DNA of 51,703 bases, the filler included, from Catajapyx aquilonaris (lineage: Eukaryota), in the NCBI GenBank assembly GCA_000934665.2. It is 2 parts of 2 records of this genome, joined end to end, with 100 filler letters (N's around TTAATTAATTAA, not from the genome) between each part and the next. Parts side by side here need not be neighbours in the genome. Positions count along the whole stretch, not along the records: positions 25,623 to 51,703 come from JYFJ02005356.1; 1 more part is not named here. One strand, given 5' to 3'. The stretch's first letter is position 1; each line of letters starts with the position of its first letter. Below are positions 49,684-51,703 of the stretch, one piece after another. Below the pieces are notes generated by a model that was not told where the DNA came from, did not search any database, and saw nothing but the letters and a program-made list of their open reading frames with translations. The position numbers and the translations under genes were made by a program.

Positions 49684-49806
49684 CTGAAGCTCTGGGTTTA
49701 TGTGCTTCTTTAACATGTGCCATTCCAGTCCTTTCTTTGTGGAAAATGCACCGTTGCAATGGTCACAGTAGAGAAGCTGGTACATCAAAATGAAGGGTTC
49801 CAATAT
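49684..49806 (-). CDS. C2H2 zinc-finger gene B, middle exon (single finger); first exon probably beyond the window
   Basis: 123-nt phase 0/0 exon, YCDHCNGAFSTKKGLEWHMLKKH, with the same splice sites as 33191-33313. Confidence 0.85.
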
Positions 49807-50425
49807 CTGCAATGAGAAGATGAAAAATTGACCTTACAGATTATAATAATTATTAACAATGAATTATCTAACATGATGCCAACTCCAGTGGAACAGAATC
49901 ACAAGGCATAATTGACTCGGTGAAATCTAACCAAACCATCCAGCAGGAAAATTAAGCATGTTCCTGTGCTAGTGTCAATTTTGACACCACCACTCTAGTC
50001 TAGATACACAGACCGGCGTGGCTGATTATTATCTGGTCTAACGAATTAACGGGTGTTCTTGGATAATCGGACATCACGGACAATCCGAAAATGGTCCTTG
50101 AGATCCTGAAAATGAGCTCTTTAAAAAATCTTAATGAACTACTGTACATTCTGTATGGGACTGTATGCTAAGGATTAATCAAAATAACAAAACTTCCCAT
50201 AGATTTTCCATATCTTGTAGAAAAAATCCGTTAGATTTCTTTACTTGCAAGACATTGAATTTTTTTCAGACTTGGATTTATGTTCTTTCGTTTTGGCGGT
50301 GCACGGATAATCCACACCCGAATAATCGGGAATACAGTACATGTCACTTATTGGAGCTGACGCTATTTCCTGCAATCAATCTAGTATAAATTAAGGTGTT
50401 GGCATATTGCATTCATTCCCTATAG

Positions 50426-50650
50426 CAGTGGTTCCCACCCTGGGGGTCGCGAAGCCTTTTCAGGGGGGGTCGCACGTGGCTGCGGTTATTTTTATAAATT
50501 TAAAAATGACTAATATTTAAAAATTAACAACATAAATTTTATAGGAAATTTCATTACGAACTTTTCAACACCTACTAACGCTCGGGGGGTGGGGGTGGGG
50601 GGGTGGGGTCGCAGGTTACTTGACTCATAAAAGGGGGCCGTGACCCAAAG
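50426..50650. mobile_element. hAT-like MITE remnant
   Basis: Starts CAGTGGTTCCCA with GGGGTCGC subterminal repeats. A similar CAGTGGTTCCTAACC start lies at ~47800. Confidence 0.55.
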
Positions 50651-50885
50651 CAGCACTCCGCCTCCCCTATTCCACAGTAGTTATATTGGTTACATCACAC
50701 ATACTAGTTATAACCAATATTACTATCATACTACCATAGTTACATTGGTTATATCAGACATACTGGTTACATTGGTTACATCACACAAGTTATAACCAAT
50801 GTGCGTAACATATAACTACCGGTACCGTAATAACCATATAACCAATATAACTCAGTTATATTGTCATACAGGTTTATTGGTTACA

Positions 50886-51101
50886 CAGGGTGTTCGAAAT
50901 TCGTGGGTAGGTTTTTATAACTGATATCGCCCGATAGTAGTTATTTTTGTGGCTTGTTGTGCTCCATTTTACTCCCAGGGGGTCAAATAAAGCAATTGCT
51001 ATAGAATGGGTCACCTGGTTAGCGGCAGAACAAGCTACAAATAACAACTAATATCTGGCGATATCAGTTATAAAAACGAGCCACGAATTTCGAACACCCT
51101 G
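50886..51101. mobile_element. Tc1/mariner-type MITE
   Basis: CAGGGTGTTCGAAATTCGTGG pairs with CCACGAATTTCGAACACCCTG. Confidence 0.8.
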
Positions 51102-51192
51102 TGTATCCATCATACTGGCTATAACCAATTTAGCAATCATACTAGCTATATTGGTTATATTAGCCATACTATTACATTACATTAGCTATATA

Positions 51193-51703
51193 CAGGGTGT
51201 TGCAAGTTCGTGGGTCACTTTTCTTATGACCAAATTTGGTATATCGTCGTAATAAAGGTGCCCCCCGACGAAGAAACTGCGTGGGGCGTTCGAAGACACT
51301 TCCGTGGTAGCTCCCGCCGAAAATGTACCCGGACCAAAAGTGATCAGTATAGTGTCCAAGTGAAGATTTCCCCACTACAAAACCGACTGCAAGTCACTTG
51401 CGGGACCCCTCAACCTGCCTGCAACTTGTGGCTGCAAGTCTGCAATCTGCAGGCCGACTTGCAACCTGCAAGGGTGTTCGTTTTCGCTCCCTCCCGCAAA
51501 CCGCAGGTAACCCAGGTAACGTAAACACTTCGGCGGCTGCAACTTTCCAGGCGGGCGTTCATTTTGCAGCCCTAGGGGCGGATTCTCGTGGACTTTACGG
51601 GAGGCTCGCAAGTCGCAAACGCCCGTATCGCCCCGGCAACTAAAAAAAACTCCCGAAGTGGAATTATCGTGTCGCGCTCCCGCAAGGGTTGCGGGAAGGA
51701 AAG
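51193..51703. mobile_element. Left part of another CAGGGTGT-ended element, running off the window
   Basis: TA|CAGGGTGTTGCAAGTTCGTGGGT, similar to the 50886 terminus, with internal TGCAAG/TGCAAC repeats. Confidence 0.55.

Overview
This is eukaryotic, arthropod-like (probably insect) genomic DNA with spliced genes and many transposable elements. No prokaryotic features were found. Four host genes can be rebuilt from phase-consistent GT-AG introns. (1) A five-coding-exon TRPA ion channel of the painless type on +, join(5977..6138,6205..6419,11783..13843,13925..14083,15103..15364), 952 aa. (2) A two-Ig-domain beat-like surface protein on -, with three internal exons between 24172 and 19679; its first and last exons are unresolved. 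(3, 4) Two tandem-duplicated C2H2 zinc-finger array genes on -, with 15 and 12 array fingers and short upstream finger exons. An apparently intact, intron-containing Sola1-type DNA transposon (44747..47388, 632-aa transposase) lies in the sense orientation inside an intron of ZF gene B. Its intron phase matches the host intron, and it is flanked by a 143-bp direct duplication rather than a 4-bp TSD. The rest is tRNA-derived SINEs (one family with a V-domain-like core), mariner/pogo relics, piggyBac-, Harbinger-, P/hAT- and Kolobok-like MITEs (some nested), and microsatellites. There are also assembly artefacts: a 100-bp N gap with a TTAATTAATTAA spacer and probably the 624-nt poly-A. All calls come from manual reading and motif recognition; no database searches were run.
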